Assembly (NCBI RefSeq): GCF_020745735.1
Contig: NC_083430.1
Location: 22,868,909-22,932,908 of the forward strand
Source of the DNA: Hemiscyllium ocellatum
Taxonomy: Eukaryota
DNA: 64,000 nucleotides
Direction of reading: 5' to 3'
This document shows positions 26,929-41,100 of the stretch, piece by piece. The translations under genes and the position numbers were made by a program. The notes under the pieces are model-generated. The model was not told where the DNA came from and did not search any database. It was given only the letters and a program-made list of their open reading frames with translations. Each line of letters starts with the position of its first letter. Positions within the stretch are counted from its first letter, which is position 1.

Positions 26929-29900
26929 GATTGTCTCCAGATATTCACTCTACAAACTGAATAAAGGTTTCATGTTAAAATCTTGATCCTAAAGTTTTTA
27001 TTACAGAAATAAATAATATAAACATCACATCTTCCCTCACCAGTGTCGCACACATCCACCCCAGATACACATAAATGTTATTCACTTTTATTGTGACTGT
27101 TCTTTCGTTTCAACGCACGACCATGAATTCAAGAGGTTGGTTCAATTATCTAGAAAGGAAGCCTTTTACCTTTATACAATACATTTGTAGACACCAGGCA
27201 TCCCATAGTGCTGTACAACTAATAAATGTTTCAGTGTGGGAAAGAGCAAACAGTTTGTTGCAGCAACTCCAACAAAAATCAGTACTTTTGAAAAATTCTT
27301 TCACAGAATGTGAGAATGGCTTGCCGGTCTCGTATTTATTACACTTTCCGAAACACCCTTGACAAGGTGGTGGTAAGATTATTGAATCACTGTAGTCATA
27401 GGGATGTTTTTAGTGAAGTCCCCATGCCTCAGGTGAAAATGGTAAGAGGTTGAGAAAGAGAGATCTCCGTGTTGACCAGAGCCACTGAGAGAATTGATCT
27501 GTACTGTTGGCATCGCACTGAGTCACAAACTAGTCAACCAACCATCTGAGCTAAACAACCCTGAAGGTACATCTATACTGCTGTGAGGTAGGAATTCCAG
27601 AATTTTGACTCAAGAAGCAGCAGCAATAAAGTTCCAAGTCAGGATGGTTTGTGGGTTATAAGGGAACATGCAGGTGATGGTGTTCCTATGTATCTGCTGC
27701 TCTTGCCTTTCTAGGTTTGGAGGGTGTGCGTTTGTATGGTACTGTTAAAATAGCCTTGGTGAGTTGTTGAATTGGGTCTTGCCATTGATACATTGCTGAC
27801 TCTGTGCATCAGTGGTGGATAGAGTGACTATATGATTCATTTGCAAGTGGGCTTCTCTGCTCTGAATGGTGTTGAGCTTCGTCAGCATTGTTGGATTTGC
27901 ACTCATACATGAAAGTAGAACACACTCCATTGTTCTCCTGACATGAGCCTTGAAGGTGGGGGATCAGGCTGTGGGGAGCAAGGAAGTATATTCCGTGCCT
28001 CAGAATGCCCAGTCTCTGGCCTTTTCTTGAAGCCAGTGTATTTAATGGCAGGTCCAGTTCAGATTCAGGTCATTGCTAAGCTACCAGGATGATGTTTATG
28101 GGATTCAGGGATAGGACCCCACCAAGTCATCTCCCACCAATAGATTCACAGTCTTTGTAGAACCGCAATTGTCACTATACCAAGGCTTTCGAGATGACAC
28201 TCTCTGGGTGAACTTTTATGAGAGAAACCTTTAAACAGTTTCTGGTTAGCTCTTTCACTAGCTCTGTGATGTTTATCCAATCGTTTGATGGCAAGTCAGG
28301 AATCCTTGTTGCAGGGAGTGCTCAAAGACACAATGCATCTCTGAAAAGTGATTGTTTCATCCCATGGAGCTGGTTATACACAAGGAGCAATTTCTCCTTG
28401 TGTAAAGAAGACTTGGCTGGTAACTTGTCCCACTTCCACCTTATACGAGTCTAGGCTTGGGACTTTCAAGGCACTGACCGTGGCCCCTTTATGGTCAGTG
28501 CTGATGTATTTCACAGATTGTTTTGAGGATGAATGTGCCCTGACCTCACTTACTCTTCTTACCTCTGCTGTCTGTTTCTGTTCCACTGTTTATCTCTCCT
28601 ATTGCTGGTAAAGTGTTCCAAGATTCACATTTGTCTTGGTTTGGATTTTTATAGGTTAATCTGTAGATATTAGGCAGGACAGCCGAGACTTGGACATTGG
28701 AATCCTTTTGTTCCTACATGAGTTCCAAGACTGCTAGTCACATGCCTCCATTACACATCCGTAGGCACTGAGAAAAGCAGTCTATGGTTGATCAGAACAG
28801 ACAGACGTATCAGCAGGCAACATGGAATACTCCTCATGGGCCTTTCCCACCGGCTTACCCCACATCAGGTGTGTCCAAAGCTCCACTGGCCATTGTCATT
28901 CAGCTGCCTGTTTTTCAAAGGTTGCAAAGGAAGTTTTAGAAGTCATGATTTGGAGATAACTTGGTGTTGTGTGGTTTTTAACATTGAAGTTTTAGAAATC
29001 CACCTCTTTGCATTTAAAGACAAACTGGGATTGCTTTAGGAAATCAAAACTTGGTGTTGAGGTGAAGATTATTTAAACTAGTTTTGGATAAAGTCGTATT
29101 CTCCTTAGCTGCTGTAATCTGTATCAGTTCTCCGTTTTTATGGGCACCGGTGGTAAAGCCTGCTTTATACTTCCTTTGGAATTTTCTTGCACCCTTTTGC
29201 CGAAAGGCATGGTGGCTCAGTGGTTAGCACTGTTGCCTCACAGCACTAGGGTCCCAAGTTCAATTCCAGCCTTGAGTGACTGTCTGTGTGGAGTTTGCAC
29301 ATTCTCCCCGTGTCTGCGTGGGTTTCCTCCCACAGTCCAAAGATGTACAGTTCAGGTGATTGCCCGTAATGTTAGGTGCATTAGTCAGAGGAAAATGGAA
29401 CTGGGTAGGTTACTCTTCAGAGGTTCGGTGTGGACTTGTTGGGCCGAAGGGCCTGTTTCCACACTGTAGGGAATCTAATCTATTCTAATTTGATCTAAAA
29501 GCCTTGCCATTTCAGTGTGTGCAAAAGATGAATGGCTTCAGGCTTAAATGACATCATGAGAACCTTAGTCTGGCTAGGGTCATAGAGATGTAAAGCATGG
29601 AAACAGACCTTCGGTCCAACCTGACCAGATATCCCAACCCAATCTAGTCCCACTTGCCAGCACTTGGCCCATATCCCTCCAAACCCTTCCTATTCATATG
29701 CCCATCCAAATGCCTCTTAAATGTTGCAATTGTACCAGCCTCCACCATTCCTCTGGCAGCTCATTTCATACACGTATCACCCTCTGCGAGAAAAAGTTGC
29801 CCCTTAGGTCTTTTTTATATCTTTCCCCTCTCACCCTAAACCTACGCCCTCTAGTTCTGGACTCCCCGACCTCAGGGAAAAGACTTTGCCTATTTATCCT

Positions 29901-32531
29901 ATCCATATTCCTCATAATTTTGTAAATCTCTATGAAGTCACCTCTCAGCCTATGACGCTCCAGAGAAAACAGCTCCAGGGAAAACAGCCACTCCCTGTAG
30001 CTCAGATCCTCCAACCCTGGCAACATCCTTGTAAATATTTTCTGAACCCTTTCAAGTTTCACGACATCTTTCCGTTGGAAGGAGACCAGAATTGCATGCA
30101 ATATTCCAACAATGGCCTAACCAATGTCCTGTACAGCCGCAACATGACCTCCCAACTCCTGTACTCAATACTCTGACCAATAAAGGAAAGCATACCAAAT
30201 GCCTTCTTCACTATCCTATCTACTGTTGCAACAGAAAAACCAGGACAAAATAACCTCTTGAAAGCCACAGCATCATCACTCTGGGTTATGACATTGAATT
30301 CAACAAATAATCTGTGATGGCACAAAATATAAAAAAAATCTCGAAAGCTGTCAGATTGTTCTAAAGTTCTTCAAGAAAAAAGGATGTTACTTTTGCCTCT
30401 TCTGCTTCAGACTCGGGGGTGAATTTTGACCCTTAAATTTAGATGGAGTAGGGTTAGGTAAAATGTCAAAGTATTTAAAAACCTCAATAATTTCACAACC
30501 AAAAGCAAGCTATTCGTGCTAAACCTTTCAGAGACGCTGCTTTGGCCCCAGTTGGGATATTGTGTTCAGTTCTGGACTGCACCCTTGAGGGAAAGTTGCC
30601 ATGATCTCAGTGAGGGTGCAGAGGAGATCAGTTTGAATGGTATCTTGATGAGAGACCTCAGCTCTGTGGAGATTCTGGGATTATTCTCCATGGGGCAGAA
30701 AAGTCTAAGGGGAGATTGGATGGAGCTTATGGAAAATTAGGAATGGCTTTGATCAATGAAAGGATGATAACCAGTTTTCAGAGACAGAAAGATCAGGAAT
30801 CAGAAACCACAGGGCTAAGGTGATTGACAAAGCATCAGAAGTCAGAAAATAAATGTGCAACAGGTTTTGTAGTGAGGAATAGTAAGCAAGGAGATGTGAT
30901 CCGTTTAACTCAACCTGAAGCCAAAAACTGGTGAGTGTGCAGGATGAGTCCTGGGAGGCTTTCGGAGAGAAGCTGGCACTGTGGGGGCAGGGCTGCAGGG
31001 AACGTGTTGGACTGTCAGTAGGCAGAAGTGGAGTCAGAGTCACAGCATTGAAAGGAGCAGCAGTGAGAGAGCTCGGTCATCAGTTGGGGAGGAGTAGAGA
31101 GAGATTCAAAGGAAGTGAAAGTTGGTCACTGGGATTATGAGGAGAGACGAGGATTTTTGGGAGAGAAGGACGAGGTACGGTCCATTGGCGCAGAACAGTG
31201 TGAGTCAGATCTTTACGGGAGAGGGCGGTGAGGTGAAAGACAGGTCAGTCAGGGAGAGGGCGAGAGCCGGGCTGTCAGCGGAGAGTGGGATGAGGGTGAG
31301 AAACAATCCAACTGTTGGCAATATTTTTCTTTCTAAATCACCTTATGCACTGAACAGCGTTTCACAACGTTGATCGGTTTACCTTGCTGTACTCCTCATT
31401 GGCCATTCTGTCAGCCTCCTCCATTGGCTAATCAGAAAGTTCAGGCACACTGACAGATAGACTCTTCGTCAGAAAGGGAAACAGGTGTTATGAGGAAAAG
31501 GCAGGAAATTGGAGTTGAGGATTATCATTAGCCAAGATATCATTGAATGGCAGAGAGAACTTGAGGGGCTGAAACACTGGCTCTGTCTTTATGCTTTATG
31601 ATCTCATGGACACACTTCCCTTCAGGGATATTATTCAGCAAACCTTCCAGACCTGAAACAATAACAGGAGGGCTGGGTGAGTGAGAGAATGGGAAGTGTG
31701 GATGGGCGAGTGTGGATGGGCGAGTGTGGATGAACCAGCCCAGGCCCCCTCAAAATATTTTCAGAAGGTGGCCCAGACCCTAACCTTTTCTTATTTTAAA
31801 GGTGGATGTGAAGTACATTCCAGATGTAATGCGCCTGGTCAAACCACTCAACATTTAACTATAGAATTTAAATAAATTGTGTTTTGTTTAAGTACAAACA
31901 AAAGAAAGAGGAATTTGGAATACCCTAACATTGGAAAAGTTAACAGAATAGCAGAAACCCTACCTATTACTAATTAACTGTTCCAGTATAGTAACATCCC
32001 ATAAACCCACTCCTTGGCAAAAGGGTAAATTCGGACACAGACATAATTGTCCTGTCCAAGAGGAAACTATATCACGAGAGATTTCAGACAATATAGTAGC
32101 AGGGAATTTTACTGAAGCTCCAACTCTTCTGGAATCCAAACAACTTTTGACAGCTACAGCTAAAAAAAACTAGAAAGCTTGACCTGGCCGCACTTCCTAG
32201 CTCCATCCATTTCCTTGGTGATCAAGGACCAAGCCAATTTCTCTCCTTAGCACTGCTTCATAACCGAAAATGAAAAAAAAAATGGTTCTATTGGTCAGCT
32301 GTGCTGAATGTCAATTTACTGATTTAAATTATCAACTTGTTGTTTCGGAATTATTTTTCCGAATGATGATTACTGCTTTGGCAAACCTTATCTCTCTTGC
32401 AATTTGCTCACCAGTCCATGAGTGAAAATAAAATTGAGTAGTGCACACCCTCCTCCAGCATGAGGAAAGGTTGGACAAGTCAAAGTTATCTGTTCTCCTC
32501 CTGTGCTGCTCAGTCTCTTGCTGCAGACCGG

Positions 32532-33512
32532 CTTGTTGGCTACGTAGAACAGTTGATCTTCCGTAATTACACCGGCACCACTCCCCACCTCTTCCTCCAC
32601 TACATTAATGACTGCATTGACGCCAGCTCGTGCTCCCGAGAGGAGGTTGAGCAATTCATCAACTTCACCAAGACATTCCACCCTGACCTTAAATTTACCT
32701 GGACCATCTCTGACACCTCCCTCCCCTTGCTGGACCTCTCTATCTCCATGCCCCCTACTACCCACCGTCCCAGCCTGGCACCTTCCCCTGCCACTGCAGG
32801 AACTGTTAAACTTGCGCCCATACCTCCTCCCTCACCTCTCTCCAAGGCCCTAAAGGAGCCTTCCACACCCATCAAAGTTTTACCTGTACATCTACTAATA
32901 TCATTTATTGTATCCGTTGCTACCAATGCGGTCTCCTCTACATGGGGGAGACTGGGCACCTCCTAGCAGAGCGCTTTAGGGAACATCTCCGGGACACCCG
33001 CACCAATCAACCACACTGCACCGTGGCCTAACATTTCAACTCCCCCTCCCACTCTGCCGAGGACGTGGAGGTCCTGGGCCTCCTTCACTGCCGCTCCCGC
33101 ACCACCAGACGCCTGGAGGAAGAACGCCTCATCTTCCGCCTCGGAACACTTCAACCCCAGGGCATCAATGTGGACTTCAACAGTTTCCTCATTTCCCCTT
33201 CCCCCGTCTCACCCTAGTTCCAAACTTCCAGCTCAGCACTGTCCCCATAACTTGTCCTAGCTGTCTATCTTCTTTTCCACCTATCCACTCCACCCTCTCC
33301 TCCCTGACCTATCACCTTCATCCCCTCCCCCACTCACCCATTGTACTCTATGCTACTTTCTCCTCACCCCCACCCTCCTCTCACTCATCTCTCCACGCTT
33401 CAGGCTCACTTCCTTTATTCCTGATGAGGGGCTTTTGCCCGAAACGTCGATTTCGCTGCTCCTTGGATGCTGCCTGAACTGCTGTACTCTTCCAGCACCA
33501 CTAATCCAGAAT
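32532..33512 (+). mobile_element. Penelope-like element, unit 3 copy
   Basis: As unit 1. Confidence 0.9.
33417..33452 (+). ncRNA. Minimal type I hammerhead motif, unit 3 (core intact); units 2 (22150-22185) and 4 (44735-44770) carry the GAAACATC variant
   Basis: CTGATGAGGGGCTTTTGCCCGAAACGTC at 33421-33448. Confidence 0.7.
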
Positions 33513-34239
33513 TTCAGACTGGACTGGCTATGTTGCCTTGCACATGTGCTTAATATCAAATCTTTGTTCACTTGAACATAGCAGACTTGACAGTAATGTT
33601 GTCATCACAACAGAAACACAGCTATAAGCGCTACTCCGTATCACTCAGGAAAGCAAATAGCCATTAGCTTCAACTTCATGCGGGTAAGAGCAAATTACTA
33701 TAGATACTGGAATCTATACTGAAAGCAACAAAAGCTGGTGATCATCGCGGGTCAGGCAACTTCATTGGGTCAGAGTCCAATCAAAAAAAATGCCATACGC
33801 AATGCATTGATGGGTTATGAATATATTGGTGTAATCCTGCAATTATTTTAACTACAGAAAAATAATGTTTCTAAAAATACATACTGTAGAAGACCTAAAG
33901 TGCCTGAAATCACGAGTAGATTTGTTAGTTATTACCTGGATAGATCCTGGAATTACCGAAAGACAAACCCAAGCTGGACTAAGGAGGAGTAGCTGTGCAG
34001 TGGCTGAATCACAGAATATATAGCAAATTAGAGGATTCTGCTGGGTCCTAATGCTCAGTGAGTTTTACCAATTCAATTTTTAAACCTGTTTCATTCTTCA
34101 TGGATAATAAGTAGATCCCAGCATTTTACAGTTGCAGTTTAACGGAGGAGCCAAGGGGGGTGACTTATTTATTTCACTGTCTAATTTTTATACCAAATTT
34201 CAATGAAAGCTGGATTTGAGAAATCGAATCTATGACATT

Positions 34240-34258
34240 ACTTTCAGTTTCGTTTCCT
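34240..34258 (-). promoter_or_regulatory. ISRE; candidate promoter of A3
   Basis: Identical motif in unit 4. Confidence 0.65.
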
Positions 34259-35948
34259 CAGAAATCCACATGATATCACTTCCAGCCCTTACTTTGTATC
34301 CAGGAGAAATTGTGTAAATATTAAAAGGTATCAGGAGGTTGGGTTGTGTTTTAAATTCTTTAACACTCAAGTTCCAATAATCCCAGTTTCAGTAAATGCC
34401 TGGCAGTTCAAATAACAGAAAGGATTATTAAAAAACTTAGATGTACAGCCATTCAATAAACAGAGAATAAACTCCACCTTGTGTGAAAGGGGTGAAGGAA
34501 ATTAATTTGTGTGTGTGAGGGGGCTGGAGCTGTTTAGAACACCAGGTTCCCATTGAGTTGTGTGGAATTGGCCACTCCACATCAGTAGCTCACCAACTCA
34601 GACTGGCACAATAATAGGCAACACAGACCACTGGGTTGACAGCAAGATTACCTGACTAGATTGTCACAAGGAGGCTGGAGCAGTAGAGTGCTGCAGAACC
34701 CCAGATGATTTAATATTACAGCGTAATCCTGAGGTGTGAGGGAACTAAGATTTGCAATTCCTTGCACAAAGTGAAATACACTCTTACCGTACCTTAACCA
34801 ACAACATTTTAAGTTGAAAATCATATTGGTGTGGCATCTTCCCATTAAAGACAGAAAATTGAATATTAAACTAAACTTGTTAATAGCCCGAAAACAATCA
34901 TAAAAAACAATTTCAGGCATTGGAATCAGGAAAGGAACATTCTGCCTTAAAAAAAGACAAATCTTTATCTGGTGGCATATTGATTCAGTTCAGCACTGCT
35001 GCCTCACAGCACCTGGCACCCAAATTTGACTCCAGCCTTGGATGACTGTCTGTGTGGAGTTGGCACGTTCTCCCCGTGTCTTTGCAGAATTCCACCGCAG
35101 TCCAAAGATGTGCAGGCCAGGTGGTTTAGCTATGGGAAATGCAAGGTGATAGGGAAGGGGGCTGGGGCTGGATGGGATAGTCTTTGGAGGGTCGGTGTAG
35201 ACTTGATGGTCTGAATGGCCAGCTTCCACACTGTAAGGATTCTATAATTCTACAAATGTACGATTAAGGCTCAAAACTGAAAACTCAAATGAGGATCTCA
35301 AAGCAAGCCAGGGTTTTGAGGATTAAAGCAGTTACCATTTTTCCAAATTGTGACAAGTGTGCCTTAAATAAGTTAAAACACAAATTAGAGAAGAATTACT
35401 CTGAAAAAAAATCTACCATTGGTTAATAATCCAGAAAAGGTCATGAATGTTTCATGAGATAAATTTTAGTGTGAAGCCGGATGCTGGCACTTTTATTCCT
35501 TCACAAGATGTGGGCATCACTATTGCCCAGAGGGCAGTTAATAATTAACCACATTGTTGTGGGCGTGTCGTCACATGTCAATCAGAAAAGGATGGCATGT
35601 TCCCTTCCCGAAAGTGAACCAAAAATCATGATTATCATTAGGGTCTTGATTTTATAATCCCTTATTTTTGAATGGAAATTTCCCCCATCTGCCAGGGTAG
35701 ATTTGAACCCAGAGCATCACCCGGGTCTAGCAATAATACCCCTAGGCCATTGGTGCAAACAATTTGAGCAAAACTGCTGCACAAGAACTTCCCATATTTG
35801 GGATGAAGAAACAGACAGAGAGAAATGTTCGATTATGCAGAGCTTTTATTGAATTTCAGCATCAGGCTTCAGTTGCCTTTTCCCTCCTCTGATTCAGAAT
35901 AAAAATTATTTATTTTCCGTTGTCTTTAGGCATTTTTATTTTCGAATG

Positions 35949-38195
35949 TTAGAAAAGTGCACCAATGAAAGCACCTGCAGCTCCCAGTCCAAGTTTGGCA
36001 GCTACTGGGATTCCAGCCGCCCCTGCAAAGAACAGAAAAGCAAAGCACATCCACATGACATATCCTGAATTTATTAATCTCAACATTTCTTACAATTCTG
36101 GTCTGAATGATATTCTTGGGAAAGACAGAATGCATTGTGAAATTGTTAGATAGCTAACTTCCTTATTTGTAATCACAATAAAGCCAACCCTTACACTGCT
36201 GAGGTTAAAACATCAGTTGTATTAATATTTATTGCAAAACTGTCACTTAGCTTTTGTAAAGTCTACTCCGAGAGAAGCATCCAAAACAATAAAATATTAT
36301 TGGGTACAGTCATCAATGCTAAGACTTCATCAGTGAAGTTTTGAAGCAGAAATCCTGAGAACTATTCATTACTTATCAGCAGATTTTACCAGCAGATTGA
36401 AGGAGGGCCACCAGACTTCCAGCAGCTACTCCTCCCCCATTGGCGATAGCTGCTGAAGACATCATACTTGCTGCAATGGAGCCTCCTGCTATTCCAGCAC
36501 TGGTAAATCCCACAGCTCCCAGAATCACCGGGGCAGCAGCAGTGGTTATAACTGAAAGATAATATTTCCCCATTTCAGTACGGCACAATGTTCAGAAATT
36601 TAATATTGATTAAAATACCAGGGAATCAAGTGGCAGTTTTTAAATTTGAGAACAACATTGATCCAACTTAATATTGCTCAAAACCTGAAATTCTAAAGTC
36701 CACTTCCTTCCCATCTGCAATTAAGGTCAATTTCCTTCACCATAAGTCCATCCAGCCTTTTTGAAATATCTGGTATATTTTGCCTTTGGTTGATGTTGGT
36801 TTGTGGACCTGTTGCCGTGTGTTGATTGTTGTCCTGGTGTTCAGTCTAGGTGTGTTCTTTTGTGTTTGTTTCCACAATTTGCGTCGATGTTTTCTGTTGT
36901 TGCTCAGCATTGTTTCATTAAGTGTTGTGAGTGTCTAAGTCTGAGTTCACTGTTTACTTTGTATATTAGTGCAAGAAACCAGGGTCCCACTTTGTGATGT
37001 ATCCCACATGTCGGTGAAGCAGTTCCACACCTGCACCACTTTTATCCTCCCATGTTTGTCGAGAAATATATTATTGCAAGAAACCAGGTTCCCATTGTAG
37101 GGTGTGTTCCACATGTTGGTGAAGTAGTTCCACACCAGCACCACTTTTATCCTCCCATGTTTGTCAAGAAGTGTGTCCTGATTCTCAGAGAATTTGGAGA
37201 GATGATGAGTTCTCACTTGCTTTGTGTTAACGCATTTACTGACAGACTAATCTATTGATTCCTGCAGCTTTTGCCTGTGGATGTCAATTCCACCTGGTAA
37301 ATCCCAAAATTGATAATTGAATGCAGCTGATCTTTTATCATGTTCCATATTTTTGAGGGAATGTCCTAGTTTGCTTCACACAAGTCCAAAAAACTGACTT
37401 GGTGTAAGCTCCTATTACAAACTGCTGGATATATTTTCACAGTTTGCCTAACTGGTTCTGCAACTTCTTGACCTATGTAGCATAACTGCATCCTTTGCTT
37501 AATCTTGGATCAGATAATATATGGCATTCTATTTTATCCTGGTGGATTTGATAGCCATTCTGCTTTGCATAGAGTTCAGTACTTATTGTTCGTTTTCTAT
37601 TTTGTAGATTGCACCCTCTTTTCGTGATAGCTCTTTTGGCTCATCATTCTTCATGCAGACCACCTTTCTTGTCATTGCTAGAATTTAGACAAGGTGGATT
37701 TGAATTAGCTGTCTGTCTGCACAAACCAACCAACTGGAGATACACAATCTAGAAAATAATCTTATTGTCTTCTGTTTTCTGAACTATGCGAACATCTGGA
37801 TTGTAGTTATACTTTGCTGTTGCTCCTTTCAGCCTACAAGCTTGCAAGGCTGGTTTCTTCTTTGATTCATTTTACTTAAAAGTAAATATATCAGCTGAAT
37901 ACCAGGGAATAATATATTAGCTTAAATAAATGTGGTGAGTTCACATACAGCTAAACAAATATATGTGTCGTCCAAAGTAATGTCCTGACACAGCCTGTGA
38001 CTAGAGTTCCACATTGCAGACAGCATGTTGCCTTCTCAGAACAGCCACAACCATCTTCCTTGTGCTTGTTATGATTCCAGTTAGTGGAAAGATTTCCCCT
38101 TGATTTCCCTTTTACTTTCATTATTTAAAGAAAAGGATTTATATGATTGAATAGCGCTTACCTGCACCTGTTATTATAGCTCCAATTCCCAGCAT
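35949..38195 (-). CDS. IFI27L2: ISG12/IFI27-like copy A4 (89 aa); exons 38195-38162, 36551-36390, 36022-35949
   Basis: Coding exons and splice sites read identical to A1 (offset 33894). Confidence 0.93.
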
Positions 38196-41100
38196 GATTG
38201 TCTCCAGATATTCACTCTACAAACTGAATAAAGGTTTCATGTTAAAATCTTGATCCTAAAGTTTTTATTACAGAAATAAATAATATAAACATCACATCTT
38301 CCCTCACCAGTGTCGCACACATCCACCCCAGATACACATAAATGTTATTCACTTTTATTGTGACTGTTCTTTCGTTTCAACGCACGACCATGAATTCAAG
38401 AGGTTGGTTCAATTATCTAGAAAGGAAGCCTTTTACCTTTATACAATACATTTGTAGACACCAGGCATCCCAAAGTGCTGTACAACTAATAAATGTTTCA
38501 GTGTGGGAAAGAGCAAACAGTTTGTTGCAGCAACGCCAACAAAAATCAGTACTTTTGAAAAATTCTTTCACAGAATGTGAGAATGGCTTGCCGGTCTCGT
38601 ATTTATTACACTTTCCGAAACACCCTTGACAAGGTGGTGGTAAGATTATTGAATCACTGTAGTCATAGGGATGTTTTTAGTGAAGTCCCCATGCCTCAGG
38701 TGAAAATGGTAAGAGGTTGAGAAAGAGAGATCTCCGTGTTGACCAGAGCCACTGAGAGAATTGATCTGTACTGTTGGCATCGCACTGAGTCACAAACTAG
38801 TCAACCAACCATCTGAGCTAAACAACCCTGAAGGTACATCTATACTGCTGTGAGGTAGGAATTCCAGAATTTTGACTCAAGAAGCAGCAGCAATAAAGTT
38901 CCAAGTCAGGATGGTTTGTGGGTTATAAGGGAACATGCAGGTGATGGTGTTCCTATGTATCTGCTGCTCTTGCCTTTCTAGGTTTGGAGGGTGTGTGTTT
39001 GTATGGTACTGTTAAAATAGCCTTGGTGAGTTGTTGAACTGGGTCTTGCCATTGATACATTGCTGACTCTGTGCATCAGTGGTGGATAGAGTGACTACAT
39101 GATTCATTTGCAAGTGGGCTTCTCTGATCTGGATGGTGTTGAGCTTCGTCAGCATTGTTGGATTTGCACTCATACATGAAAGTAGAACACACTCCATTGT
39201 TCTCCTGACATGAGCCTTGAAGGTGGGGAGTCAGGCTGTGGGGAGCAAGGAAGTATATTCCGTGCCTCAGAATGCCCAGTCTCTGGCCTTTTCTTGAAGC
39301 CAGTGTATTTAATGGCAGGTCCAGTTCAGATTCAGGTCATTGCTAAGCTACCAGGATGATGTTTATGGGATTCAGGGATAGGACCCCACCAAGTCATCTC
39401 CCACCAATAGATTCACAGTCTTTGTAGAACCGCAACTGTCACTATACCAAGGCTTTTGAGATGACACTCTCTGGGTGAACTTTTATGAGAGAAACCTTTA
39501 AACAGTTTCTGGTTAGCTCTTTCACTAGCTCTGTGATGTTTATCCAATCGTTTGATGGCAAGTCAGGAATCCTTGTTGCAGGGAGTGCTCAAAGACACAA
39601 TGCATCTCTGAAAAGTGATTGTTTCATCCCATGGAGCTGATTATACACAAGGAGCAATTTCTCCTTGTGTAAAGAAGACTTGGCTGGTAACTTGTCCCAC
39701 TTCCACCTTATACGAGTCTAGGCTTGGGACTTTCAAGGCACTGACCGTGGCCCCTTTATGGTCAGTGCTGATGTATTTCACAGATTGTTTTGAGGATGAA
39801 TGTGCCCTGACCTCACTTACTCTTCTTACCTCTGCTGTCTGTTTCTGTTCCACTGTTTATCTCTCCTATTGCTGGTAAAGTATTCCAAGATTCACATTTG
39901 TCTTGGTTTGGATTTTTATAGGTTAATCTGTAGATATTAGGCAGGACAGCCGAGACTTGGACATTGGAATCCTTTTGTTCCTACATGAGTTCCAAGACTG
40001 CTAGTCACATGCCTCCATTACACATCCGTAGGCACTGAGAAAAGCAGTCTATGGTTGATCAGAACAGACAGACGTATCAGCAGGCAACATGGAATACTCC
40101 TCATGGGCCTTTCCCACCGGCTTACCCCACATCAGGTGTGTCCAAAGCTCCACTGGCCATTGTCATTCAGCTGCCTGTTTTTCAAAGGTTGCAAAGGAAG
40201 TTTTAGAAGTCATGATTTGGAGATAACTTGGTGTTGTGTGGTTTTTAACATTGAAGTTTTAGAAATCCACCTCTTTGCATTTAAAGACAAACTGGGATTG
40301 CTTTAGGAAATCAAAACTTGGTGTTGAGGTGAAGATTATTTAAACTAGTTTTGGATAAAGTCGTATTCTCCTTAGCTGCTGTAATCTGTATCAGTTCCCC
40401 GTTTTTATGGGCACCGGTGGTAAAGCCTGCTTTATACTTCCTTTGGAATTTTCTTGCACCCTTTTGCTGAAAGGCATGGTGGCTCAGTGGTTAGCAATGT
40501 TGTCTCACAGCACTAGGGTCCCAAGTTCAATTCCAGCCTTGAGTGACTGTCTGTGTGGAGTTTGCACATTCTCCCCGTGTCTGCGTGGGTTTCCTCCCAC
40601 AGTCCAAAGATGTACAGTTCAGGTGATTGCCCGTAATGTTAGGTGCATTAGTCAGAGAAAAATGGAACTGGGTAGGTTACTCTTCAGAGGTTCGGTGTGG
40701 ACTTGTTGGGCCGAAGGGCCTGTTTCCACACTGTAGGGAATCTAATCTATTCTAATTTGATCTAAAAGCCTTGCCATTTCAGTGTGTGCAAAAGATGAAT
40801 GGCTTCAGGCTTAAATGACATCATGAGAACCTTAGTCTGGCTAGGGTCATAGAGATGTAAAGCATGGAAACAGACCTTCGGTCCAACCCGACCAGATATC
40901 CCAACCCAATCTAGTCCCACTTGCCAGCACTTGGCCCATATCCCTCCAAACCCTTCCTATTCATATACCCATTCAAATGCCTCTTAAATGTTGCAATTGT
41001 ACCAGCCTCCACCATTCCTCTGGCAGCTCATTTCATACACGTATCACCCTCTGCGAGAAAAAGTTGCCCCTTAGGTCTTTTTTATATCTTTCCCCTCTCA